DNA of 38,254 nucleotides from a virus (lineage: Duplodnaviria; Caudoviricetes), in IMG/VR virus record IMGVR_UViG_3300025610_000007, positions 1 through 38,254 of that record; one strand, 5' to 3'. The notes below the pieces were generated by a model. The model was not told where the DNA came from. It saw only the letters and a list, made by a program, of their open reading frames with translations, and did no database searches. Position 1 is the stretch's first letter. Every line of letters starts with the position of its first letter. The position numbers and the translations under genes were made by a program. This document shows, one piece after another, positions 8,666 through 19,800 of the stretch.

Positions 8666-11088
8666 TGGCAATAATAGAGATAAAGGATTTTCGTCAAGGT
8701 CTTAACACTTTTGACGACCCAGAGGATAGTGGCCAACTATCTGAATATAAAAATTTTAATATAAGAAAATCGGGAATACTAGAGACCCGTAAGGCATTAC
8801 GCCCTGAATATAAAACAACAACATCTGTTGCTATATACGATTTGTGGAGATGGACAAATAGTAATGCAAGTGTCTGGATAGTAACTGACAAATTTGCTAC
8901 CGGAGATGATGTTCTTTTATGGAATGTAAATAATACTTTCACCAGTGTAGCTGATTTTAACAGCGATATAATAAGAGCGATAATAAATAGAGAAGCTTTT
9001 AGGGCAATTCTTGCTGACACCAAGGTTAAAATCATTCAATATATTGACAATGAATATTTTTTTGGGGAGTATGACCCTACTGCTGGGTATATAGCAGGAA
9101 ATGCAGCATTAGAATATCCATTAACATGGAAGTATAATTATGTAAAAACAACTGCGGGTACAGGAGCTATGGCCATAGGCCATCATTATTATAAAGCTGT
9201 GCCTGTTTTTGATGGAGTGCAAGAAGCATTATTTGGCGAAAGTCACGCATATTTAAAGACTACGCAAGCCGATAAAGCATTTGAGATAAGATTAGATATA
9301 GATACAAATAATTTTAATAAGCGTATTACCAGCATTAATCTTTATCGTGCGTTCTCAACATCTATAAATGTTGAACCATCATATTACTTTGTAAAAGCTA
9401 TACCACTAAAAACAAAGAGTACACATAGTGATAGGGCTGATTTAGATGCTGCTAATATTGGACAAATTGTTTATATACCCGGAGAAGATTTTACTCAGAG
9501 TGAATATAACAGTTATACTCATTTTTTCTTCGGATGGACTGGTGGCTCAGGTGAATACGCTACGACACCGGGTGTTACAAGTCCATATCAAATAACTAGC
9601 AAACATAATGAATATTTAGTCCTTACACCACTTTCTGGTACCGCTATTGCTGAAGGCATAGATAACAGTGCATGGGATAGGCCATGGACTATTACAACTT
9701 CTGGTAATGCTAACCCATCAAGTAGTGGGACTAAAAATAGAGCATACGCTGGTAGAGATGTCATAGTAGACCCAGATGGTGATTATAGCTCAAATAAATA
9801 CACGAACTGGGTTGCGTATGACTCATCGGGTAATAACGCTATTATAGAGCAAAATAACGCTAAAGCTTTTAGGTTAAATCAAGATTTTGGCTCATATAGT
9901 TCTAATGTAGATATAGACATAAGCGATGGGTATAGATATGAGATTTCAAGTAATAATGTGTATATCTATATGTACGACAAAGGATATTTAGATGGAGCAC
10001 CACATCACTTAGATGGAGTAAAGTCTGCTAAGGTAAATTATAAGTACGGTGCTGAGTTAAATGGTCGTTTATTTGTAGGTAATGTGATTACCGACCCCGA
10101 TGATGCAGCAGAGGTCTATAACAACTGGTTAATGTATAGTGAAATGAATCAACCAGATGTTATACCTTTAGACAACTTTATCTCTATAGATGACCCTCAA
10201 GGTGGTGAAATTACTGGTGTAATTAATTTTAATGGCGACTTAGTTGTGTTTAGTGAGCGAGGCATATTTAGATTAGATGTACCAAGTTTAGACCCATCAG
10301 GTTGGAGTTTATCTGAAACCTCTCCTAATATTGGTTGTATAGCTCCTGAGTCTATTGTGCAGCACAATGGTATAGCATATTTTATGAGTAAAAAGAATAT
10401 CTACGCTTTAATGCCAAATTTTAATGTAATGCCTATAGGAAACAATATTTTAGATGTTATTGAAAGTGAGGCTATAGCAAGATTAGCCCTTTCTAAGTTT
10501 GAAATAGATTATAAAAATGAAACACTGTTGTGTCGCATCGGTGTAGATGCTAATGAAAATATATATAATATGCACATACCTACATTTCAATTTGGAGAAA
10601 GAACTATATGGGGTAAACATGTGTATAGCGATGATTCTAATTTGCTATTAGCAAGTGGTTTAAACAACATTGTTAATGATGAAAATTTGGAAACATATAT
10701 TCTTACAAATGACTATGAAAATAACTTAACTAAATCATCAAAATTAATAAAAATACATGATGTAAATGGGAACGAGAACAGACATTTTGCTTATAAAACA
10801 AATCATATTCAAATAAACAAAGCCAGTAAAACATCTAAGGTAAGAAAAATTAATGTAACTCATAAGGGTATTCATAGTTCTATAGATGCAAAATTAAAAG
10901 TATATGTTGACAAAAGTTCTAGCGTATTTAAAACATTAGATTTTTCAGATGATGATAATGAAACAGATGGCCAGATAACTACATTTAGAATCGGCTGTAG
11001 AGCAAAGTTCATTCAATTTGAAATATCATCAGGCGCTGCCTCTTCTCGTGATGTAGAAATATCTAAGATTGAAGTAGAATATGAGTAG
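8665..11088 (+). CDS. Putative tail nozzle / DNA stabilisation protein (P22 gp10 or T7 gp12-like)
   Basis: N-terminal DFRQGLN, GRLFV, YSE..PD, ITG...LVVF, NIGCIAPESI beta-propeller-like motifs. Confidence 0.7.
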   Translation: MAIIEIKDFRQGLNTFDDPEDSGQLSEYKNFNIRKSGILETRKALRPEYKTTTSVAIYDLWRWTNSNASVWIVTDKFATGDDVLLWNVNNTFTSVADFNSDIIRAIINREAFRAILADTKVKIIQYIDNEYFFGEYDPTAGYIAGNAALEYPLTWKYNYVKTTAGTGAMAIGHHYYKAVPVFDGVQEALFGESHAYLKTTQADKAFEIRLDIDTNNFNKRITSINLYRAFSTSINVEPSYYFVKAIPLKTKSTHSDRADLDAANIGQIVYIPGEDFTQSEYNSYTHFFFGWTGGSGEYATTPGVTSPYQITSKHNEYLVLTPLSGTAIAEGIDNSAWDRPWTITTSGNANPSSSGTKNRAYAGRDVIVDPDGDYSSNKYTNWVAYDSSGNNAIIEQNNAKAFRLNQDFGSYSSNVDIDISDGYRYEISSNNVYIYMYDKGYLDGAPHHLDGVKSAKVNYKYGAELNGRLFVGNVITDPDDAAEVYNNWLMYSEMNQPDVIPLDNFISIDDPQGGEITGVINFNGDLVVFSERGIFRLDVPSLDPSGWSLSETSPNIGCIAPESIVQHNGIAYFMSKKNIYALMPNFNVMPIGNNILDVIESEAIARLALSKFEIDYKNETLLCRIGVDANENIYNMHIPTFQFGERTIWGKHVYSDDSNLLLASGLNNIVNDENLETYILTNDYENNLTKSSKLIKIHDVNGNENRHFAYKTNHIQINKASKTSKVRKINVTHKGIHSSIDAKLKVYVDKSSSVFKTLDFSDDDNETDGQITTFRIGCRAKFIQFEISSGAASSRDVEISKIEVEYE

Positions 11089-12388
11089 AGAGCAGCGTGT
11101 AACTCAGCGCAAAATAAATCAAAGCAGGAAGAAGCTTAATACGATTAGCAAAGGTTACCCTTCGGCTAATGAGGGCCACGATGGACAAGAGACGATTAGG
11201 TGGGTAGATGGTAAAGGATTGTTTTATTTTGTCAAATATAACGGAACTTGGTACTCACATCAATTTAATCAAGCACCAACAGTAAGCGACCCTAAGTCAT
11301 TTGCAGACGATAATTTAATTTATTCAGACGGTAGAAACGCTTTTACAGGTAATCAATCTCATGGTAATAATAATATAACAAATGTAAACGATTTAGATGT
11401 AAATGGACACACAACATTAGATAAAACAACTGTTGATACTACTGACGGTGTTTTAGATGTATCTGGTTCAAATAACGTACAAGTAACGCCAGAGGCAGAA
11501 ATAACTTTGCAAGCTCAGGGAGCTACAGATGCTCCTAAAAATGTAAAGGCAATCGGAGGCAAGTCTGATTTTACAAAATACGGAGGTGTTTTGGTAGAAT
11601 CTTATAACAAAACAACTGAGTCAGGTGGTACAGACGCTTCTAATTATGCTGCAAATGGAGTGCATATACTAGCCGATGCTGGCAATACAGCTTCAAAGCA
11701 TAACAATATTTTTATAGAGCAGAAAAATACTAACGCTAAAGGTAATGGATACGGTGTAGATATAAAGAGCAGTAATGGAGTAAAGATTAGAACTGCTGAC
11801 AATTCAAGCAGTCAGCCAACTGCAATACACATGCACTCTACTGGAGGAGTTAATATTGGGGTTACTTCTGGTGAGCTTACAGGGCATAATTCTAATTTTA
11901 GAACTCATATTCATGGTAAGTGTCAATTAGATACTTTATATAGACCTAGTGGCCAAATTGCTACAGACATTGATGTTGCCGAAGGTAATGCAGCGGCTGG
12001 AAACCATGTAAAATTTGAAGCAATAAATACTGACAATCTTGTTAAGAACTTTACATACAAAGCTAAAGATTTAACAGTAGCTAACAATGCTTATTTACAG
12101 ATTGTTTCTACATCAGATATAGAAAATACTATAGGGACTATGTATTTAGTTACCGTAGGTATAAGGCAAGGTACGAATAGCTGGCAAAACGTTGCTATAT
12201 GCTCAAGACTTGGATTAACAGAGTGGCAGGTAACTACTATAGGGCAAAGCGGCAGTACATCCAATTATGGCACTATAACAGCTAAAGGTGGGGGTTCTGC
12301 GACAGGGATTAGATGGACAAATAATATTGGCAGTGAGGTTTCAGTTTTTGGTACTGCACAGAGAATTATAGAATCAAGTGATTATTAA
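11081..12388 (+). CDS. Putative virion/tail protein
   Basis: Gly/Asn/Thr-rich beta-strand protein in the tail module. Confidence 0.6.
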   Translation: MSREQRVTQRKINQSRKKLNTISKGYPSANEGHDGQETIRWVDGKGLFYFVKYNGTWYSHQFNQAPTVSDPKSFADDNLIYSDGRNAFTGNQSHGNNNITNVNDLDVNGHTTLDKTTVDTTDGVLDVSGSNNVQVTPEAEITLQAQGATDAPKNVKAIGGKSDFTKYGGVLVESYNKTTESGGTDASNYAANGVHILADAGNTASKHNNIFIEQKNTNAKGNGYGVDIKSSNGVKIRTADNSSSQPTAIHMHSTGGVNIGVTSGELTGHNSNFRTHIHGKCQLDTLYRPSGQIATDIDVAEGNAAAGNHVKFEAINTDNLVKNFTYKAKDLTVANNAYLQIVSTSDIENTIGTMYLVTVGIRQGTNSWQNVAICSRLGLTEWQVTTIGQSGSTSNYGTITAKGGGSATGIRWTNNIGSEVSVFGTAQRIIESSDY

Positions 12389-12410
12389 TAAATACGAAAG
12401 GACAAATAGT

Positions 12411-12617
12411 ATGTCAAAAATATCTAACGTGAAAAAGGCTATATTTGATAATATAGAACCCGTTAAACAAGTTAAACATGGTTTAGATTTAAGCAATGTG
12501 CAATTTAAGGTCGTAAAAGAGTCTAGTATAGGCCCAGATAGACCTTATGAAGACGAAGCTTGGCTCATCATAAAAGATGAGAATGGCAAAGAATGGACAT
12601 TTAAGAACGAGCGATAA
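12411..12617 (+). CDS. Hypothetical protein (start revised to 12411)
   Basis: ATG at 12411 preceded by GAAAGGACAAA; stop overlaps the next ATG. Confidence 0.65.
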   Translation: MSKISNVKKAIFDNIEPVKQVKHGLDLSNVQFKVVKESSIGPDRPYEDEAWLIIKDENGKEWTFKNER

Positions 12618-13243
12618 TGGCAACAACACCAAAAAAACCAAATTTTGACATAGGGAATGTAGTAGCGAGTGCTGTTCCTTATGGCCAAGCAATATACCAA
12701 GGCGGTAAACTTTTATATAACTGGTTAAATCCTGTAAAAAGAGAGCAGTCAAGCGAAGAAAAAGCTTACAGGAATATACTTAAAAACAGAGCAACGCAGG
12801 GTATTTACAGCCCTTCACAGCAGAATCAAATGTTAAATATGGTATCTGCTCCCACAGCTCAAATTGCAAGCAACGCTATTACAAAATCAGAGGGCAAACT
12901 TCAAAGCCAAGGTATTAGTAGTAGTGGTGTAAATACGCAAACTAGAGGACGTATAGAGGCTGAAAGAATGCGTACTATAGCACAGCAAGCTAGAAGAATT
13001 GCTATGGAAAATGAGCAAAGTAAAATAAATGCTCAAGATAAATTAGGTGAAATTGGCTTCAAAGATACAGATAGAGATTATCAAGATGCTTTATCTAGGC
13101 GTACTGCGAACACAAGTTTAATGGATGCTATGGCTGAATCTGCTATTCCTATTGCGCAGCGTAATTTTTATTTTAAGAAGTATGGTGACGATTTAAAAGA
13201 ATGGCCATTAGAAATTTTATTGAATCTATCTAGGACTACATAA
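12617..13243 (+). CDS. Putative internal virion (ejection) protein
   Basis: Gln/Ala/Ser-rich and helical, QGISSSGV motif, upstream of the giant protein. Confidence 0.55.
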   Translation: MATTPKKPNFDIGNVVASAVPYGQAIYQGGKLLYNWLNPVKREQSSEEKAYRNILKNRATQGIYSPSQQNQMLNMVSAPTAQIASNAITKSEGKLQSQGISSSGVNTQTRGRIEAERMRTIAQQARRIAMENEQSKINAQDKLGEIGFKDTDRDYQDALSRRTANTSLMDAMAESAIPIAQRNFYFKKYGDDLKEWPLEILLNLSRTT

Positions 13244-13884
13244 TGGCCCAAAACATATTTCAACAGTTAATACAGGACGAGATAAAAAGACGCATGGGCA
13301 CTGACAATGAAACTGACCCTGTAAAAAAATTAAAAAATCAAGCAGCCAGAAGAATACTAGAGGGAACAGGAACTAGGCAAGATTCCAGTTTTGTTGGTTA
13401 TAAGGTAAGTGATTTAACAGCTGGCCCAAAACAAGCTAAAAAAGATAAAGAAGCAGAGGAAAAGGCCAATAAAAAGATAGCAGATAAAAAGCTAAGTGAA
13501 AAACAAAAACTTGAGGAAAAGGTTGCAGCAATAGCAAATAAGAGCGATAATTTTGAAGACACAACTCCTGAAGAAGATGCGTTAATTGAAAATATACCGC
13601 CAGATAGTATAGAAGCTTACAAGAACAGAGTAATAGAAAGGCAACTAGAAAAATTAAACATTGACTCAAGTAAGGTAAAATCTGAAGCTACCAAGCCTAA
13701 GAAAAAAGAAGTTGGGTTTTTTGAAAGAAATAAACGCAAAAGTGCTGTAAGAAGAATTATAAACAGACAAGACTATAGAGCAGCAAAAGACAATCCTGAA
13801 TTGCAAGCACAAATAATGAAAGCAGAGCTTGCTAAAAAAGGTTATACAGAAGAAGAAATTATTGATATAATACAGGGGCTATAA
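13243..13884 (+). CDS. Putative internal virion protein, charged coiled coil
   Basis: Lys/Glu-rich and translationally coupled in the ejection module. Confidence 0.5.
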   Translation: MAQNIFQQLIQDEIKRRMGTDNETDPVKKLKNQAARRILEGTGTRQDSSFVGYKVSDLTAGPKQAKKDKEAEEKANKKIADKKLSEKQKLEEKVAAIANKSDNFEDTTPEEDALIENIPPDSIEAYKNRVIERQLEKLNIDSSKVKSEATKPKKKEVGFFERNKRKSAVRRIINRQDYRAAKDNPELQAQIMKAELAKKGYTEEEIIDIIQGL

Positions 13885-13889
13885 AGCAC

Positions 13890-16800
13890 ATGCCTCAGTT
13901 ATCTCCTGAAGTTATAAGGATACTAAAAGAAAGTATTCCCCAAGAGGAAGAAAAGAAATCCTTAGTAGAACAAATCCTTAGTGAACCCACTGAGGATGAA
14001 TTACTTGAAAAACAAGAAGAAGAATCTAGTATATGGCGAGATTTTACTCGTGGCACTAGAAGGCTATTTGCTACTGGAGGTATGCAAACTATTGCTCCAG
14101 CTGCAATAGGATTAGGTACTACTAAGCCTAGGGAAGAACAAAGAGTATTTAGTGCTAGAGCAGGTTATGGCTTTACAAAACCTGCTATCTCTACTAAAAA
14201 AGCAGCAGAGATGACTGCTAAAAGCCCTTTATATAATTGGGGTATAGATAAATACACAAAATTACAATTACAACTAAAAGAAAACCCAGAACTCCTCAGA
14301 CCAAAAGAAATTGCAGATTTACCTTATTGGCACCCTAGAGTTATCGCTACCGCTGTAGGTGATGCAGTCCCTAGCTTAATTGAAGTTATGGTACCTACGT
14401 TAGCTGCTGGAGCTGTAGGAGGCCCAGCAGCAGCGATTCCAGTCTTACTTACTACAACCTTTGGTATGGAGTATGGTGGAATGATTGACACAGCGATGGA
14501 GATGGGTCTTACCCCACAAGAAGCCACAAATGCAGCTGTGTTAGTAGGAACAATAAATGCTGCAATAGGAATTATACCCGGTACTAGGGCATTAAAAGCT
14601 TTAGGCTTAATGAGTAAAACAACTCAAACTAGAATTATAAGAGAAATTGTTGATAGAGGTTTATATAAGAATATTAAAAAAGAAGCACTAGGTCAAGGCG
14701 TGACTGAGATGTTTGAGGAGATTGCTCAAGAAAGCGTAAACATGGCTGGCGAAGTTTACGGGCTTGGTGCAGATATAAAATTAGATGAAGCAGTTCGTAG
14801 ATACTACGAAGTAGCTGTAGGAGCTAAAGCTGTAGGTGGTACTACAGGAGCAGTAACAGGTGGGGTAGGGTTTAAGTCAGCAGAGAAAGCGTCAAATACA
14901 GTACAATTTGCGGCTCAAGAAATAACAGAGGATGCTGCAAACGATTTACAAGTATCTATGGTAGAGGGCGAGTCTACAGTGGAAATATGGCCTGAATCTA
15001 AATTCAAAGACACAGCTTATAAGCCAGAACAATTTGATAAAATAGGAGAAAACGAAAATGGAGAAGCAATCTATGCAGTCCAAGTTCAGGGAGCGAACTC
15101 TTCAGAAGGCGGTATATCCATCAGCCAAACAGCGGATAGAAGCACAATTCTTGAAGAAGTTGTCGAATACCGACTCAAAAACCTTGGAGAAAATCAAGGA
15201 ACGCTTATCGAACGCATTCAAAATTGGGCAACAACCCTTAGACAAATAGCAGAAGAAAACAATATACCAATACGTTTTGAAAATACAGTAAACGGTAATA
15301 TTGAATTATTTAGTGATGCTATGGTCTACCATTATGGTGGATACGGTGAATTAAATCCTGAATCAGCTGCTATAACATATATTCCTCCAGATATTGCTGA
15401 GGATTTTATTGGCCAGATGGGTGAAATGTCTGATGGTACTCGTGTATTTGATTATCTAAAAGGTACTGGTCAAGAAGTAGATTCACCAGCTTTTATACGT
15501 CAACAAGTAGACGAAAGTATGCAACAAGATTTTGACGGAGATATGCAGGAAAGAGCACCTCCGGGTGAGACTAAACAAATGATAGCTCCAACTGAAGTTG
15601 TAAAGAATGAAGCGTTTAAACGCTGGTTTAAAGACTCCAAAGCAGTTGATAGCGAAGGTAATCCTGTAATCGTATATCATGGCACTCTTAGTGACATACA
15701 AGAATTTAATTTAGATAAAGCAAACCCAGAATCTGATGCTGGCATGGGTTATTACTTTACCTCCAATCCTGAAGATGCTAGTGATAATTATGGTAGTCCA
15801 TCAGGGCCAGACATTACTCAAAGAGTTGAGCAGTTAGCAGAAAGAGATGAGAATTTTGGACAAGATGATGATGTGGATGCTGCTATAAGAACAAGAATTA
15901 GAAATGAACTTGCAGAGAATGAAGGCGCAGTAATGCCTGTTTTCTTATCTATGCAAAACCCAGCTACCTCCAGAACGTACTTAGAGCCAATGGAAACATA
16001 TAATGAGGAAATAGAAGACTATGATGTAAATGAGGATTCTGATGCGTATATGATGTATGAATCTATTCCTTATGTCTCTAGGGATTTTAATGATATTGAC
16101 TGGGCGGCAGTACAAGGAAAGTTTGCTGAATTAGCATTTGATGAACCTAATGCAATAGAGCTTTTTGACGCATTTAAAAAGAGCGATGAGGTTGCATACA
16201 TCACAGATGAGGATGGTAATTTAGCAAGTGGTGAGTTCGTTAGGCGTGTGTTTGAGGAGGGCGGTTTTGATGGGTTGATATTCGATAAAGCAGACCAACG
16301 TTTTAATATGGATATGCCAGATGATGTCACTCATTATATTGCGTTTAAACCTAATCAAATTAAGTCTGCATTTAACTTAGGAACATTTGACCCAGATACA
16401 GATGATATATCATTTCAACTGAAATATGTTAAACCAGTATGGTATAGTAAAACAATAAAAGAAGTTGAAGATAAATTCCCTCCATCAATGAAAATAGATG
16501 CTGTTAAAAACTTTTTACAAAAAAAATTACAAATACCTAATGCGGAGTACGAGTGGCTTGACATTGATTTTTTCTTAGGAGTGGAAAAATTTTTTGGAAA
16601 GGATAAATCAAAAGTCACTAAAGAAGATTTAACTGATTGGATTCATTTTAATAGTATTGATATAAAAGATAATTTTTATAAAAAAAGACCAGTAAAACAA
16701 ATTGGTGAGGTGATGACATCAGAAGAAATTATAAAAAAATATTTTACTGATAAGACTGATGTTTTGGACTTATATGGTGGAATCACTATTGAAGAAGAAC

Positions 16801-19800
16801 TTCAAGAGTTTATGAATGACGGTCTTTACATTGAACATAGGATATATGAAACGCATAATGGGGATTTAGTTTGGTCATATAAAGATGAAACAAGTGGCAA
16901 TTATGCAGCTATTCCTTTACATAAAAATGAACCATACGTTTATGAAGAGGGCGTAGAAGAAGATGAAGATGGTATATATTATTCAGATGATGGTCTTATT
17001 GGCAGGGATTTTGAGAATTTAGATGCAGTTGTAGACGCTATAAGTTCTTCTGCTAGTAAATCTCCAAAATGGCGATGGTCTGGAATAACTGATTTAACAG
17101 AGCCCGGTAGATATAAAGATTATCAAGAATTAGTATTGACCATAGGTGATATGGATATAAGAGGTAAAACAGAAATGTATTCAGGAAACTATGCACGCTT
17201 TTCAAATAATCATTTCAGTGATATTAATGCTGTAGCGCACATAAGGTACAATAGTAGAATATCTGAAGATGGTAAAAGAGTTTTATTTCTTGAGGAAATT
17301 CAATCTGATTGGGATAAAGACATAAAACAATCCGGAGCTATAAATATAAAACAATTTTCAAATGAAGAAAAAAAACTTGAATGGCGAGATGGCACAGATA
17401 AAGAAACAGAGCCTTATGGAATTGGTATATATTTAGAAGGGACTATGCCTGCGGCTAGAAAATGGGTAGACAGTGAAATAAAAAATAGAGAAGAAAATAA
17501 TATTAGCATTCCAGATTTACGACCTAATCAAGTAAGAAATGGCTATCAAAATTATCATATTACTGAAGAGTTAGATGAAATACCTGAAAAAAGATTTAAA
17601 ACTCATTTAATGAACGATAAAGGAAAAACAAAAGGGCATGTTGGGTTTCCATCTTTAAAAGAAGCAAAAAATTATGTCCAAACAATGCTTAATGCTGCAA
17701 AAATTAATAAAACAGTAGATGGTTTTAAGTCTTACGATATGCCTTATAAAGACAATGTTTGGGTAAGCTTAACTTTAAAAAGAATGCTTCGATATGCTGC
17801 GGAAAATAACTTTGATGCAATGGCGTGGACTACGCCAAGACAACAGCTTCAGCGAAACAGAAGCTCAATACGAAACACAGTAGATGCAATTCACTATATG
17901 AAAAATAGGCGTCTTCGAAAGAATGGATTTGGAGACGTTGTAGGGCACGATGTATTTGTAAAAATAAATGGAATAAAGAATAAAGAGTCAGTCGTAGATG
18001 TAAATGTACCTCTTTTTGGGCAAACGACAATAGATGGTCAAATAACATCATTAGAAGGGTTAGTTGGTAAAAAAATGGCCACTAAAATAAGAGAGGATGT
18101 GAAAAAGGGCAAAAGTGGTATAATCGAAGGTGAAGATTTAGCTTTGGGAGAGCAAGGGTTTATTGACTTATATGAAACTACAATAAAGAAAAGATTAAAA
18201 GATTTAAGCAAAAAAAATAAATGGAATGCAAATATTGGAACATTAGAGATTGATTCTAATACGCTAAGCCAAGAAATGTTCGAAGAATATCAAGAGCAAA
18301 GAGATAAACCTAATCCACTTACTTGGAATGAATTTGCAGCTCAGCTACCTAAAGATAAAAAAGTATTGCTAAATCAGCCATATATAGAAATCACTCCCGA
18401 AATGAAAATGAGTGCTATGGAAGGCATGCCTACCTTTCAACTTACAAAGCCTCAAGATGTGCCGGGATGGGTCTATAATGACGCTGGTAAAAACGCTGGT
18501 AAGCCCAAGATAACTAAAAAACCAGTTGATAGTTGGTGGAATACAAACATTATACCATTATCACAAAGATTAAGACGCATAGATGAAAGTTTAGTATCTC
18601 CTGTACGTATGGTTGATTTTAAGATTTTTACACAAACGGAGGACAATATAAAAACAGTTAAGCCATTCTTAGACACGATGAAAGAAATAAAGAATGAGAA
18701 TGCAGAAGACTATGGCATGATTGATTTAGCAATGAAGAATGGTGACGCTAAAGTATTGGAAAGCATGTTTAAACGTTATAAGTCTAAAAGATTAAACCAA
18801 AAATATCTATTAGTTAGAGCAGTTTTAGACGACATATATATGCGTGCAGAGAACGCTGGTATGGATATGGGTTTTATTGATGAATATTTCCCGAGACAAG
18901 TATCTGACTTTGAGGGCCTTATTAAGCACTTTTATGGAAACTTTGATAAAGGAATACTTGACAAAGAGATTGCAGCTAAAGAAAAAGATTTAAAACGTAA
19001 GCTTACTATGGAAGAAAAAACAGACCTACTAAGTGCTAGACTTAGAGGGTTTGGTAAGAAGGTAAGTAACAAACCGGGGGCTACAAAGAAACGTACTCAG
19101 GAATTTGTAACTAGCGACATGAATCAATTCTATCATTCGCTTGAGCACAGCCTTACACAATATATAGCTACAATGAATAACTCTATAGAGACATCTCTAT
19201 TTTTTGGAGGTAGAAAGACTAAGGGTGAAATATCAGATTCTATGATTGGTAAGAAAGTTGCTGAGCTTATGGATGAAAAGAAAATCAGCCCTGAAAATCA
19301 AGCTGAACTTACACAGGTTATAAAAGCAAGATTTAACACTACTAGCGTTTCTCCAAGTGTGCAAGCATTAAAGACGCTTGGTTACTTAGGTACTATGGGC
19401 AACATATCTAGTTCTATAACGCAGATAGGTGACTTAGCATGGGCAGCATACATAGCACCAAGAGAAACTGCTGGTGCGGTTGGTAAAGCATTAGTAAGAA
19501 AGTCTAAAATAACTAAATCAGACCTAGGTATAGACAAACTTAGTTATGAGTTTAGAGATGATGCTGGTATATCTAAAATTCTAAACTTTGTATTTAAAGC
19601 TACTGGTTTAGACTTTATGGATAATTTAGGTAAGGAGACGTTAATAAATGCTACTATAGCCAAGTATCAGCGTAAAGCAAAAGCTGGCCAATTAGAGGGA
19701 GATAGGCGTTTAAACGAGGCATTTGGTAATGATGTTAATAAAGTTATTGGTGATTTAAAAAGAGGTGTGATTACAGAGCGTGTTAAATACTTAGCATTTT

